Assembly (NCBI GenBank): GCA_027078545.1 | Contig: JALWXN010000001.1 | Span: 22,312 to 86,311 of the forward strand | Reading direction: 5' to 3' | DNA: 64,000 bases | From: Nitrososphaeria archaeon | GTDB lineage: Archaea; Thermoproteota; Nitrososphaeria; Geothermarchaeales; JDFR-13 | Shown: in pieces, positions 51,285 to 60,951 of the stretch | Position numbering within the stretch: position 1 is the first letter of the stretch | How the letters are laid out: the number at the start of each line of letters is the position of its first letter | Notes under the pieces: generated by a model | The model's database searches: none | Seen by the model: only the letters and a program-made list of their open reading frames with translations | What the model was told of the DNA's origin: nothing | Translations under genes and position numbers: made by a program

Positions 51285-52316
51285 ATGGGTGTCTCGATAA
51301 TGGATATGCCCAGTGAGATTAGGGAGAGGCTTGGCGGGAGTAGGGCCCTACTAGCCTTCCACTGGGATGCAGATGGAATCTCCTCGGCAGCCCTCCTACT
51401 GGATGTCCTGGGGCTGGATGCCGTGCTCTACACACCAGTTATAGGGCTGTATAGACTTGTCCCCGAGGACCTCCCCAGGGATATAGATGTAGATGCATTG
51501 GTGGTGGCTGATATGGGTGTATCCACAAAGGCTATCGAAGGGGTGGCGGAGTATCTAGGCGTCCCCGGCTACGTGTTTGACCATCACCATAGGGAGCCCT
51601 CGGATAGGCTGTTTATAGCCAGGTATATCGATGGGTATGGAGACCTATATCCCTCCGCCTCAATGGTCATCACTGATGCCCTTGGGATAGAGCCTAACAC
51701 GTTGACTATCCTTGGCATAGCGGGGGATCTCGAGGAGGGTGTTAGGGAGTCTAGGTACTATGGTGTTGTTGAGAGGGTTGCAAGTAGGTATGGCTTGAGA
51801 CCTAAAGACTTTATAGAGATATCCCGGCTTGTGGACACCAACTACCTATTCCTCGATAGGGCTGGTGTGATAGAGGCCGTCCATGCCCTGAGGGAGTATA
51901 GGGAGGATCCCAAGGCGCTACTGGCGAGGGATGACTGGAGGGCTAGGCTCGAGGAGTTTATGGGTGAGTTGGAGCGTCTCGCTAGGGTGGAGCTGGAGGA
52001 GGTCGATGGGATACTCTTCCGGGAGCTGGATAGTAGGCTGTACATAGTTTCTAAGCTTGGTAGGATGCTGAGTAGGAGGAACCCCGATAAATATGTCCTA
52101 CTAGGTGTGCCGCGGATGGCCAATGGCTATAGCCAGGTATACCTCAGGACTGGGAGGGGGGACGTGGATCTTAGGCCCCTGATCGAGAGGCTGAGGGGTA
52201 TGGGTCTCTATGCAGGGGGGAAGAGGAATGTCTTGGGCGCCGTTGTCGAGCCTGGTAAATATAGGGCTGTCCTGGGCGAAATATTTAGGTATCTAGGTGT
52301 CCCAGATGTCGTGTGA
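51285..52316 (+). CDS. DHH-family phosphoesterase (candidate PAP phosphatase)
   Basis: HWDADG, VADMG, FDHH, C-terminal AGGK; located between sat and cysC. Confidence 0.85.
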   Translation: MGVSIMDMPSEIRERLGGSRALLAFHWDADGISSAALLLDVLGLDAVLYTPVIGLYRLVPEDLPRDIDVDALVVADMGVSTKAIEGVAEYLGVPGYVFDHHHREPSDRLFIARYIDGYGDLYPSASMVITDALGIEPNTLTILGIAGDLEEGVRESRYYGVVERVASRYGLRPKDFIEISRLVDTNYLFLDRAGVIEAVHALREYREDPKALLARDDWRARLEEFMGELERLARVELEEVDGILFRELDSRLYIVSKLGRMLSRRNPDKYVLLGVPRMANGYSQVYLRTGRGDVDLRPLIERLRGMGLYAGGKRNVLGAVVEPGKYRAVLGEIFRYLGVPDVV

Positions 52317-52842
52317 TAAGGGGTTCGTCGTATGGTTCACCGGTATACCCGGCTCGGGTAAGACTACACTGGCTAGGATGCTTAGGGAGAGGCTGTCGAG
52401 CATGGGTCTATGCGTGGAGCACCTGGATGGGGATGAGGTTAGGCCTTGGCTGAGCCCCGAGGCGGGCTTCTCCCGTGAGGATAGGCTTAGGCATCTGAGG
52501 AGGGTGGCCTTCGTTACACACCTCCTGAGTAGGAATGGGGTGGTGGTGCTCGCCTCCTTCGTCTCCCCGTATAGGGAGGCTAGGGATCTGGCGAGGGAGC
52601 TGAATGGGGATAGGTTTGTGGAGGTCTATGTGAAGTGTCCGGTGGAGGTGGCTGTTGAGAGGGATCCCAAGGGCCTCTACAGGAAGGCTCTCAAGGGTGA
52701 GATTAAGAACATGACTGGTATCCAGGACGTCTATGAGGAGCCGCCTAACCCCGAGGTCGTGGTGGAGACTGATAGGGAGACCCCCGAGGAGAGTCTAGAG
52801 AAGATACTCGGTTTCCTAAGGAGTAGGGGCTTCATAGGATGA
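52297..52842 (+). CDS. cysC: Adenylyl-sulfate kinase
   Basis: WFTGIPGSGKTT, LDGD, FVSPY, RDPKGLY. Confidence 0.96.
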   Translation: MSQMSCDKGFVVWFTGIPGSGKTTLARMLRERLSSMGLCVEHLDGDEVRPWLSPEAGFSREDRLRHLRRVAFVTHLLSRNGVVVLASFVSPYREARDLARELNGDRFVEVYVKCPVEVAVERDPKGLYRKALKGEIKNMTGIQDVYEEPPNPEVVVETDRETPEESLEKILGFLRSRGFIG

Positions 52843-54407
52843 GTAGTAGGCGTATATTGCTGCTTGGGTGGGACGGGGTTCCGCCAGGCCTTATTAGGGA
52901 GCTTGTAGAGACCGGTAATACGCCTAATCTTTCAGAGGTGTTTGGGGAGGGGCGGTTCGGCGAGGTTGTAGCCCCCCTACCCATTGTGACTCCTGCGAGC
53001 TGGTACTCTGCATTTACGGGTGTGGAGCCATATAGGCATGGTATTCCCCACTTCGTCGTGATAGATAGGGAGTATAGGCTTAGATACATGTCTATATCCG
53101 ACCTCAGGGTCGAGGCTATCTGGGATGTCCTCGGTAGGCATGGTGTGGAGGGGCTCTATCTAAACCTCCCGGTCTCCACACCCGCGCCGAGGGTAACTGG
53201 GTTGTGGATAGGGGGTGAGCAGATCTATAGAGAGGTTAGGGAGGCAGACGTATATCCATCCGAACTCGTTAGAGAGCTTAGGACCCTGGGCTACATGGTT
53301 GGATACCCAAACATATCGACGGATCCCGGTAGCTATGTATCCGGCCTACTTATGGCTGAGTCGAGGCGACTAGACGTATTTACACGCCTGATGGATAGGC
53401 GTCAATGGGGGTTGTCAATCTACATAGCATACTCCCCCGACATAGTTCTACACGCCTTTTACGGGATGGATGGTTATCGGGAACATATCTATAGATGTTT
53501 CGAGGAGCTGGATCGATGGCTAGGGACACTCCTCAACCGTCTTGATAAGGAGGACATACTTGTCTTGATGTCTGATCATGGCCATGGATACAAGAATGGG
53601 TATATAAATCTCCTGGCGCTACTCAGGAGCATGGGGTTATTGGCGACCCGTAGGCCTAAAGGGTTGAGGATGAACTGGGTCCGGAGGGTAGGCCTGGTCA
53701 GGAGGATATGGTGGAGGCTCCCTGACCGTATGAGGAGGTGGATAGGGAGGTATGTACTGGGTAACATAGTGGTTCTCGACACACCCTCAAGGATCTCTGG
53801 AGCTAGTATAGACTGGGATGTGACAAAGGCCTTCCCCCAGGTGGATATAGGGGGTATCAAGATGCATAGGGCGGATCTCTTCCCCCGTGGCGTCTTGGAT
53901 AGGGGTGAGGCATATGAGCTGGCCGTCAAGATTGTCGAGGAGCTTAGGAGAGTCGACTTCGGAGGCTCCCCCATATTCGGGGATGTCGTCCTCAACTTCA
54001 ACGATGATCCGTTGACGCCAGACATATATCTAGAGCCCAGGGATGATCTCTGGTTCAAGTCTAGGGTTGAGGATGAGCTCATAATCCAGAACAGGCCTGA
54101 TAGGTATCTCTCTCCGACCCGGATAGATGTGGCTGGTGATAGGGCGTCGTACCATGTTAGGAATGGATTTATCCTTGTATATGGCGAGGATATAGAGCCA
54201 GGTGACGCTGGTATCATTAGGATGGTGGATGTTATGCCGACGGTTCTACATATGATGGGCCTACCGATACCTACGGGGCTGGATGGAGGTGTAGCAGAGT
54301 CTATTCTTACTAGGGAAGCTATTAATAGGGATGTAAAGTATGAGAGGAGTCTTAGAAGGGATCTTCGTGCAAGATCCCGTTCCCTTAGGAGGAGGCTCAA
54401 GAGGTAG
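52839..54407 (+). CDS. Alkaline-phosphatase-superfamily NPP-type protein
   Basis: LGWDG, PIVTPASW (Thr nucleophile), DIVLH, SDHG, H..NG, DVMPTVL. Confidence 0.88.
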   Translation: MSSRRILLLGWDGVPPGLIRELVETGNTPNLSEVFGEGRFGEVVAPLPIVTPASWYSAFTGVEPYRHGIPHFVVIDREYRLRYMSISDLRVEAIWDVLGRHGVEGLYLNLPVSTPAPRVTGLWIGGEQIYREVREADVYPSELVRELRTLGYMVGYPNISTDPGSYVSGLLMAESRRLDVFTRLMDRRQWGLSIYIAYSPDIVLHAFYGMDGYREHIYRCFEELDRWLGTLLNRLDKEDILVLMSDHGHGYKNGYINLLALLRSMGLLATRRPKGLRMNWVRRVGLVRRIWWRLPDRMRRWIGRYVLGNIVVLDTPSRISGASIDWDVTKAFPQVDIGGIKMHRADLFPRGVLDRGEAYELAVKIVEELRRVDFGGSPIFGDVVLNFNDDPLTPDIYLEPRDDLWFKSRVEDELIIQNRPDRYLSPTRIDVAGDRASYHVRNGFILVYGEDIEPGDAGIIRMVDVMPTVLHMMGLPIPTGLDGGVAESILTREAINRDVKYERSLRRDLRARSRSLRRRLKR

Positions 54408-54410
54408 TTT

Positions 54411-55799
54411 GTGATGAGGAGGCGTCTAGTTGTCTTTGGTCTGGATGCCGCTGCTCCTGAGCTGGTATTCAATAAGTTTCTGGATTACCTACCCAATTTC
54501 CGGAGGGTTATCGAGAGGTCTGTACATGGTAGGCTTAGGAGCTGTGACCCGCCTATAACTGTCCCGGCCTGGATGGTTATGATGACTGGTAGGGAGCCTG
54601 GGGAGCTTGGGCTCTATGGGTTTAGGCATAGGAGTGGCTATAGCTACACCGAGTATGAACTCCCGAGTAGCAGGTCTATCAGGAGGCCCCGTGTATGGGA
54701 TGTCCTTGGTGCTGAGGGGCTTAGGAGCTTCGTGATGGGTGTCCCACCCTCCTATCCACCGTATAGGGTTAATGGGTGGCTTATCTCATGCTTCTTGACT
54801 CCAGATGATAGTGTCCAGTTCACCCATCCCCTCCCCCTTAAGTATGAGGTTAAGAGGCTTGTTGGTAGGTATGTCTTCGACGTTCCTTTTAGGAGGGAGG
54901 ATAGGGACTGGGTTCTGGATAGGATCCATGAGATGACGGATATACATGAGAAGGTTGCCCTTGAGATGCTTGTGAGGAAGCCTTGGGACTTCTTCATGTA
55001 TATGGAGATTGGTCTCGACAGGGTTCAGCACGCCTTCTGGAAGTATATGGATAGGGGTCATAGGAGGTTTGAGGAGCATCCCCGCTTCTCAAGGGCTATA
55101 CTCGAGTACTATGTCAGGCTGGACAGGATACTGGGTGAGATCATTAGGAGGGCTGGGGACGCTGATATATTGATAGTCTCGGACCACGGTGCGAAGAGGA
55201 TGGATGGGGCCTTCGCTATCAATGACTGGCTGGTGGAGCAGGGCTATCTAAAGCTTAGGGGGGATGTGGAGCCAGGCACGAGGATCTCGAGGGCAGATGT
55301 GGACTGGGGGGAGACGATTGCATGGGGATGGGGCGGCTACTATAGCCGTATATTCCTTAATGTCGAGGGGCGTGAGGAGATGGGCGTAGTCTCGAGGGAG
55401 GAGTATGAAGATGTTCTTAGGGAGCTCTCTAGGAAGATCCTGGGTATCAGGGGGCCTGATGGCGAGGCGTGGCGTAACGTTGTCTATAGGCCTGTGGAGA
55501 TCTATCGGGAGGTTAATGGTAACCCCCCTGATCTGATGGTCTACTTCGATGATCTCTACTGGAGGGCGGCTGGTACGATGGGCTATGAGACGCCCTACCT
55601 GGAGGAGAATGATACTGGGCCTGACGACGCCGTCCATGACTATGACGGGATCTTCATATGGTATAACAGGGGTAGCGGTGTGGAGAGGGACGCCTCTATC
55701 TACGATGTCTTCCCAACCATCCTTAGGTTCTATGGCTTGGAGCCGCCAGAGGATATACGTGGGGAGGTTGTGGAGGAAGTCTTTAGGGGGCAGGGCTAG
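54411..55799 (+). CDS. Alkaline-phosphatase-superfamily NPP-type protein
   Basis: FGLDA, PPITVPAW, DRVQH, SDHG, DDAVHDYDG, DVFPTIL. Confidence 0.9.
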   Translation: MMRRRLVVFGLDAAAPELVFNKFLDYLPNFRRVIERSVHGRLRSCDPPITVPAWMVMMTGREPGELGLYGFRHRSGYSYTEYELPSSRSIRRPRVWDVLGAEGLRSFVMGVPPSYPPYRVNGWLISCFLTPDDSVQFTHPLPLKYEVKRLVGRYVFDVPFRREDRDWVLDRIHEMTDIHEKVALEMLVRKPWDFFMYMEIGLDRVQHAFWKYMDRGHRRFEEHPRFSRAILEYYVRLDRILGEIIRRAGDADILIVSDHGAKRMDGAFAINDWLVEQGYLKLRGDVEPGTRISRADVDWGETIAWGWGGYYSRIFLNVEGREEMGVVSREEYEDVLRELSRKILGIRGPDGEAWRNVVYRPVEIYREVNGNPPDLMVYFDDLYWRAAGTMGYETPYLEENDTGPDDAVHDYDGIFIWYNRGSGVERDASIYDVFPTILRFYGLEPPEDIRGEVVEEVFRGQG

Positions 55800-56943
55800 G
55801 TATTACCGCCCCACTCTCCACAAGCCTCTCGATCTCATCCTCGCTGTATCCGAGCATGGATAGGATCTCCCGGTAGTGCTGGCTCAGCCGTGGTGGGGGT
55901 ATCTGTGTATAGATCCTCCTACCATCGATCCTCATCGGTGGCTTGAGATAGGCCCTGCCACCGGGGTCTCTCCCCAGGGCCCCGGCCTCCTCGAGGTATC
56001 CACTCCTAACCATCTCGACCACCCTGTTGACGGGGGCCGTGGGTACACCTGCACTGCTTAGCTTCTCGAGGGCCTCCTCGAGGCTTAGCCTTGATATCTT
56101 CTCCCCTATCTCGCGGTCCACGTACTCCCTGTTCTCCACCCTATCCGGGTTGTGTCTACACCTGGGGTCTCCAAGTAGGTGTTCTAGGCCTAGTGCCCTG
56201 CAGAGCCTCTCGAATAGGTTGTCGTTAGCCGCTGCCACTGCTATCCATCTCCCATCCCTGGTTTGGTATGCCCTGTAGGGGACTATGGATGGATGTCCTG
56301 AGCCGTGTCTACCAGGCTCTATCCCGGCGTGGAGGGCTGAGTATACTAGGTAGGACATGGAGTATATCATGGAGTCCATGAGGGAGACCTCTATCATGGT
56401 GGGCCTTCTATTCCTTCGGAGTGCGTCGAGTATCGATACTGCTGCGTATAGCCCGGTGAAGATATCGGCTATGGCGAAGCCTACACGGGTGGGCTCCTCC
56501 CCCTCGTTGCCGGTGGCCATCATTATTCCTGAGTATGCCTGTATAATCAGGTCGTAGGCCGGCTGCCTAGCTAGTTTCGTGTCTGGGCTGTATCCCCTTA
56601 TGACGCAGTAGACTATCCTGGGATTCACCTCCCTGACCCTATCGTAGCCTAGGCCCAGCCTCTCGGCGACTCCATCCCTATAGTTGTGGATCAATACGTC
56701 TGCCCATCTAACCAGTCTTTCGATGACCTCTCTACCCCCTTCATTCTTCATGTCTATCGCTATGCTCCTCTTCCCTCTGTTGATGCTGTAGAAGTATGTC
56801 GAGACACCATTCACGATTGGTGTGTATAGCCTCGTCTCGTCACCCCATGGAGGCTCGACCTTGACTACCTCAGCTCCCAGCTCTGCTAGGACCATCGTGG
56901 CGAAGGGGCCTGCCAATACCCTGCTCATGTCGAGTATCCTCAT
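55783..56943 (-). CDS. Family III CoA-transferase (CaiB/BaiF)
   Basis: LAGPFAT..LAELGAEVVKVEP, NRGKRS, YDLIIQA, IADIFTG. Confidence 0.93.
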   Translation of the reverse strand: MRILDMSRVLAGPFATMVLAELGAEVVKVEPPWGDETRLYTPIVNGVSTYFYSINRGKRSIAIDMKNEGGREVIERLVRWADVLIHNYRDGVAERLGLGYDRVREVNPRIVYCVIRGYSPDTKLARQPAYDLIIQAYSGIMMATGNEGEEPTRVGFAIADIFTGLYAAVSILDALRRNRRPTMIEVSLMDSMIYSMSYLVYSALHAGIEPGRHGSGHPSIVPYRAYQTRDGRWIAVAAANDNLFERLCRALGLEHLLGDPRCRHNPDRVENREYVDREIGEKISRLSLEEALEKLSSAGVPTAPVNRVVEMVRSGYLEEAGALGRDPGGRAYLKPPMRIDGRRIYTQIPPPRLSQHYREILSMLGYSEDEIERLVESGAVIPSPAP

Positions 56944-57017
56944 AATACCTGTTATTCCTCCCGAGGGGTATTTGACGAATCCCTTAATGAACCAGTTATG
57001 TACTCCCTATTCTAGGT

Positions 57018-58688
57018 GTGTCTGGGATGAGGGTGTCGCAAAATCTGTTGAGGCTGATGGATGAGAGTATTGACCGTGGATGGTTCGACGTGGCAGAGGT
57101 GTCGGGCATAATCGGTGGCAGGGAGAAGACGCTCTCCACATTAATTGAGGGGTATGTCCTGGGCCTATTCAACTATAGGGGTGAGACTGTCTTCGAGCTT
57201 AGGAGGGAGGGGCTGGAGCTGCTGAATATATGGGGCTTCCTGGGTAGGCCAGAGGCTGATCCATGGATAGACACTAGGGTATACAGCATGCTCAGGACCC
57301 TCTTGATGAGGCCTGGTGGGATACCTGAGGACTGGGTAGGCCTCCTTGAGGAGAGGGGTCTAGCCACTGGTGATGAGCTCTCCCAGTATGCGGCTGAGCT
57401 ACTCTCCCTCATGGATAGGCTCGAGAAGACTATATTCCTGACCACCGGCTTCGCAGGGCTATTCACCACGTTTCCCGACGGCCCCGCTGAGAGGGTTAGG
57501 TTCCCCCAGGGATGGGAGCTCGCCGAGGCCATGTCCCTACTCGTAGCCTCTATACCTAATGGCCTCTACCTAGGCCTCACAGAGGCTGGTAGGACGCTTA
57601 AGAGGGCATTGAGGAACCTGGCTATACCCAGGGGTATACCGGTGGTTGTTAATAGGCGTATCCTGGAGGGTCTGGAGAGGCTGGAGGCCAGTGAGAAGAT
57701 CCCTGACGACCTTCTCCAGCTCCTGATAAGTCTCGACTATGTATCTGGCCTTGGACGGCTCGAGTATAGGGGTAGGATGGTTCTCAGGGCGTATAGGCTG
57801 GTTAGGAGCCCACCTGTCAATAGGCCGATGGCGATGACTGCTGAGGAGGAGCAGCTTCTGAGGGGTGTGGTGATTACGTGGAGGGAGAGGATGGATAAGA
57901 CGAATGTATATGCTACTAAGGAGAGGATTGCTAAGAACCTAGGTGTGGAGTGGACGGGCGACCTTGGGCTTAGCCTGAAGCATCTAGAGAGCCTGGGCCT
58001 GGTGGAGGAGTACTATGAGGATGGGAAGGAGGAGTATAGGCCGACGAAGGAGGGTGAGGAGTTGTCTGGGCTGCCCGGCCTGGGTGAGGGCACGAGTGTC
58101 GAGGCCGTCTCCTCCGTGGCGAAGACCGTATCTGCACTGTCCCCCAGTGAGGAGTGGGTCTCCGAGGCCCTCTCCAGAGGCATTCTTGGTGGGCAGGGGC
58201 CTACGAAGAAGGGTGAGATGCTCTATAGGGCTGGGTACTATGCGAGGAGGCCCTTCCTAACCAGGGATGAGGCTATAGCCCTGAGGCAGATGCCTGAGAG
58301 GAAGAGTGTGGATAAGTCCTACCTAGTCGGTAGGGGGGTGGATGAGAAGGGTATTAATAGGCTGGTAACGCGTGGATTGATAGAGCTCCTCCCCGACGGT
58401 AGGTATGTGATAACTGATGCAGGCCTCCTGCTCAAGACTGCCCTGGTAGCTGTCTCGCCGGGTATAGCCACGCCTGTCTATCCGACGCTGGTCAAGGTCT
58501 TGGAGGCGATCGATAGCCTCAACACGGATGATCCTGTCGAGATAATTAAGAGTACGAAGCTCTCGGTAGATGCTGTGAAGACAGCGTTGATCATCGGTAG
58601 GAACGCGAAGTATATAGGGCGTTCCGGTAAGGAGTTGACCCAGGCTGGAAAGGCGTTGTTGCAGGCGGCTAAGCTACTGGCCAGCTAG
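57018..58688 (+). CDS. Multi-winged-helix protein, probably DUF505 family
   Basis: Repeated L...GL....Y.LT..G wHTH-like units; WIDTRVYSML. Confidence 0.65.
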   Translation: MSGMRVSQNLLRLMDESIDRGWFDVAEVSGIIGGREKTLSTLIEGYVLGLFNYRGETVFELRREGLELLNIWGFLGRPEADPWIDTRVYSMLRTLLMRPGGIPEDWVGLLEERGLATGDELSQYAAELLSLMDRLEKTIFLTTGFAGLFTTFPDGPAERVRFPQGWELAEAMSLLVASIPNGLYLGLTEAGRTLKRALRNLAIPRGIPVVVNRRILEGLERLEASEKIPDDLLQLLISLDYVSGLGRLEYRGRMVLRAYRLVRSPPVNRPMAMTAEEEQLLRGVVITWRERMDKTNVYATKERIAKNLGVEWTGDLGLSLKHLESLGLVEEYYEDGKEEYRPTKEGEELSGLPGLGEGTSVEAVSSVAKTVSALSPSEEWVSEALSRGILGGQGPTKKGEMLYRAGYYARRPFLTRDEAIALRQMPERKSVDKSYLVGRGVDEKGINRLVTRGLIELLPDGRYVITDAGLLLKTALVAVSPGIATPVYPTLVKVLEAIDSLNTDDPVEIIKSTKLSVDAVKTALIIGRNAKYIGRSGKELTQAGKALLQAAKLLAS

Positions 58689-58696
58689 CACGTTAT

Positions 58697-58903
58697 TTAT
58701 AGGTATCCAAGGCTCCTCAGATTATCCTTTATCTTCTCCTCCTCCTCGGGGCTGTAGCTCCTCTCCTCCCCGCCCAGCGTCTCCTTGATAATGAATTCTA
58801 GGAGGTCCTCCACACTCTTGAATTCCCCGCCGCTCTCCTCGACTGTCTTCTTCAGTAGCTCGTAGGACTCCCTTGAGATCTCGATGCTGACCTTCTCAGA
58901 CAC
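58697..58903 (-). CDS. RHH/CopG-like small protein with C-terminal LRSLGYL tail (paralog of 49861..50088)
   Basis: KVSIEISRESYELL...YSPEEEEKIKDNLRSLGYL. Confidence 0.82.
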   Translation of the reverse strand: MSEKVSIEISRESYELLKKTVEESGGEFKSVEDLLEFIIKETLGGEERSYSPEEEEKIKDNLRSLGYL

Positions 58904-58986
58904 TGCTCCCCACCAAGATATAGATAATGCCTCGCAGCATAGATAAGGCCCCTAGATATATAGCTGCCAAGCCCAATACATTCAAC

Positions 58987-59048
58987 GGGATGACGACTAC
59001 CTCCGAGCCTGATCACCCACGAAGTGATGAGAAGGCATTTGTCCGACC
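58987..59048 (+). ncRNA. Box C/D methylation-guide sRNA
   Basis: C ATGACGA 58990-96, 12-nt guide, D' CTGA 59009-12, C' GTGATGA 59024-30, 12-nt guide, D CCGA 59043-46; intergenic. Confidence 0.8.
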
Positions 59049-59127
59049 AACTCTATGCGATATGTATCGATACACTTGATCGGTGGCTCCATCTTTTTAA
59101 CCCCTACATGAGTCATTACTATATTGT

Positions 59128-59670
59128 ATGGCCACCGCGGCTAGGGTGCTGGGTGGTCTGGGCTTCATATTCTCAGCTATTACTGACATGTTGGTTCTGA
59201 GCATCTTCCTCTCCTATCTGGCGATGATCACTTATCCCATTAGTATACTACTGCGTGGCGTAGCCTGGATCCTGCTCTCCGGGAGTCTGAAGAATAGGTT
59301 CTATGCCGCTGTGGGTATACTTGTGATGTTCCTCGGCGCATTGTTCTTCCTATCACTGCTGGGTGGAGGGGATCTGCTGGAGGCTGGGCCCAGCGAGCTC
59401 TTCATCCCGGTCGTTATATGGGCTGTATACTCGTTGATCGAGTTCTCCGCCTATCTCAGGCTGAGGATCTATTCAAAGGTCTTTCTGGGAGCCATGATCA
59501 GTATAGTAGGTATAGCCGTTCTACTACTCGGCGTGACCCTCCCGGCTACGAGTGACGAGATGTATCAGTATCTCCAGGCTGGGCTGGTCCCACTGATAAT
59601 CTCCGCGTTGATGGCGTCGATAGGCTTCTTCAGCCTAAGGATTCGTGGGGACGAGGGTATAGTGATGTAG
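59128..59670 (+). CDS. Hypothetical membrane protein
   Basis: About six hydrophobic helices. Confidence 0.72.
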   Translation: MATAARVLGGLGFIFSAITDMLVLSIFLSYLAMITYPISILLRGVAWILLSGSLKNRFYAAVGILVMFLGALFFLSLLGGGDLLEAGPSELFIPVVIWAVYSLIEFSAYLRLRIYSKVFLGAMISIVGIAVLLLGVTLPATSDEMYQYLQAGLVPLIISALMASIGFFSLRIRGDEGIVM

Positions 59671-59746
59671 CGCCTCTTTAATACACCTGTTCAAACCTAT
59701 TTAGTTAGTAGGCCTTGGCGGCTCTTCTAATCATGAGGTTGTAAAG

Positions 59747-60493
59747 ATGAGGCTCCACATAGCTCTTATGCTGATGCTTCTGCTACTCCTCGTGGCACCG
59801 ATATACGGTGTGGAGGTGTACAGGATCTACGACGAGGAGGGTATAGACCCGGAGAGGATCGGGGTTCCACTGCCTGATGTGAATGATCCAGTGGCGAGGG
59901 ACTTAGTGGATATAAGGGAGGCCTGGGTGGAGGTAGAGGGGGACAGGGTTAGCTTCTCCATCAGGGTGGCCTCCACGATCCTGCCTGACCAGCTACCCGA
60001 GGAATCCCCCTACGACATAACATATACGGCGCAGGCGATCCTAAACATGGATGGTAGGCCCGTAAACGTTAGTGGATTGGTCAGGTTCAGCACGACCATT
60101 GCGGCAGCTGGGTGTGAAGTAAGGGAGGATGGAGACTTGATAAGTGAGACCCCGGGTGAGTATGAGACGACCATGATGGACACAGCTGTCGTGAGGTTCT
60201 CCTGTAGTTTCCAGGGCGTATCCTTCTCCTCCCCCGACCCCGCATATCGCGACTTAAAGGTCACAGCGACGATACTATCGACAAGCATAGACAACCCACT
60301 ATCGCTCTTCGACATCGCAACACTGGATACGAGTGGTACAGGTGGCGATGCGGGAGAAACACCTGATCGTGGAGAGCCCGAGCCCCCGGCTGAGCCATCC
60401 GAGGACGGCGGGATAGATCTACTCCCGATAGCCCTGATACTGATACTTGCAGGTATCGGCTTAGCAGTATACTTCCTAAAGTTTAGAGGCTGA
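59747..60493 (+). CDS. Secreted/surface protein with C-terminal membrane anchor
   Basis: Signal peptide, beta-rich domain, G/P/E linker, TM helix then KFRG. Confidence 0.78.
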   Translation: MRLHIALMLMLLLLLVAPIYGVEVYRIYDEEGIDPERIGVPLPDVNDPVARDLVDIREAWVEVEGDRVSFSIRVASTILPDQLPEESPYDITYTAQAILNMDGRPVNVSGLVRFSTTIAAAGCEVREDGDLISETPGEYETTMMDTAVVRFSCSFQGVSFSSPDPAYRDLKVTATILSTSIDNPLSLFDIATLDTSGTGGDAGETPDRGEPEPPAEPSEDGGIDLLPIALILILAGIGLAVYFLKFRG

Positions 60494-60528
60494 ATCCCAA
60501 CCCCTCATTTTTACATTGTCTAGGCGCC

Positions 60529-60885
60529 CTATCCATAGGACACTATGGATATCTCCCTCCCATCGGGATCCTTGATCACGACTTCATAGATCCCTTCTGC
60601 CACCTCGGTCGGGCCTGTATATCCTATTCCACGGTCCTCTAGGAACTGGACGGCGTCATCGATACTCTCAACCCTAAACACTATCTTATCCCTACTAGCC
60701 GTAGCCTCCTCGTCGAGGTGGAGCCCCAGCCTCACGCCATAACCTTCGACAACGGCGAACATATCCTTGGAGGCCTCGAAGATCGTCTTGTGGGAGGTTA
60801 GCCTAAATCCCAGGAGATTTACGTAGAACTCCAGCGCCCTGGCCATGTCACGGACAAAGATCAGAACCATGTCAAACTCCATCAT
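60529..60885 (-). CDS. VOC/glyoxalase-family protein
   Basis: VRDMARALEFYVNLLGF...FRVESID...KDPDG. Confidence 0.9.
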   Translation of the reverse strand: MMEFDMVLIFVRDMARALEFYVNLLGFRLTSHKTIFEASKDMFAVVEGYGVRLGLHLDEEATASRDKIVFRVESIDDAVQFLEDRGIGYTGPTEVAEGIYEVVIKDPDGREISIVSYG

Positions 60886-60951
60886 GCCAAGAAGGGAATG
60901 TCTTACGAACAGTAATTAACCGGTGTATTATGGATCGTCTCTCCAAGGTGT

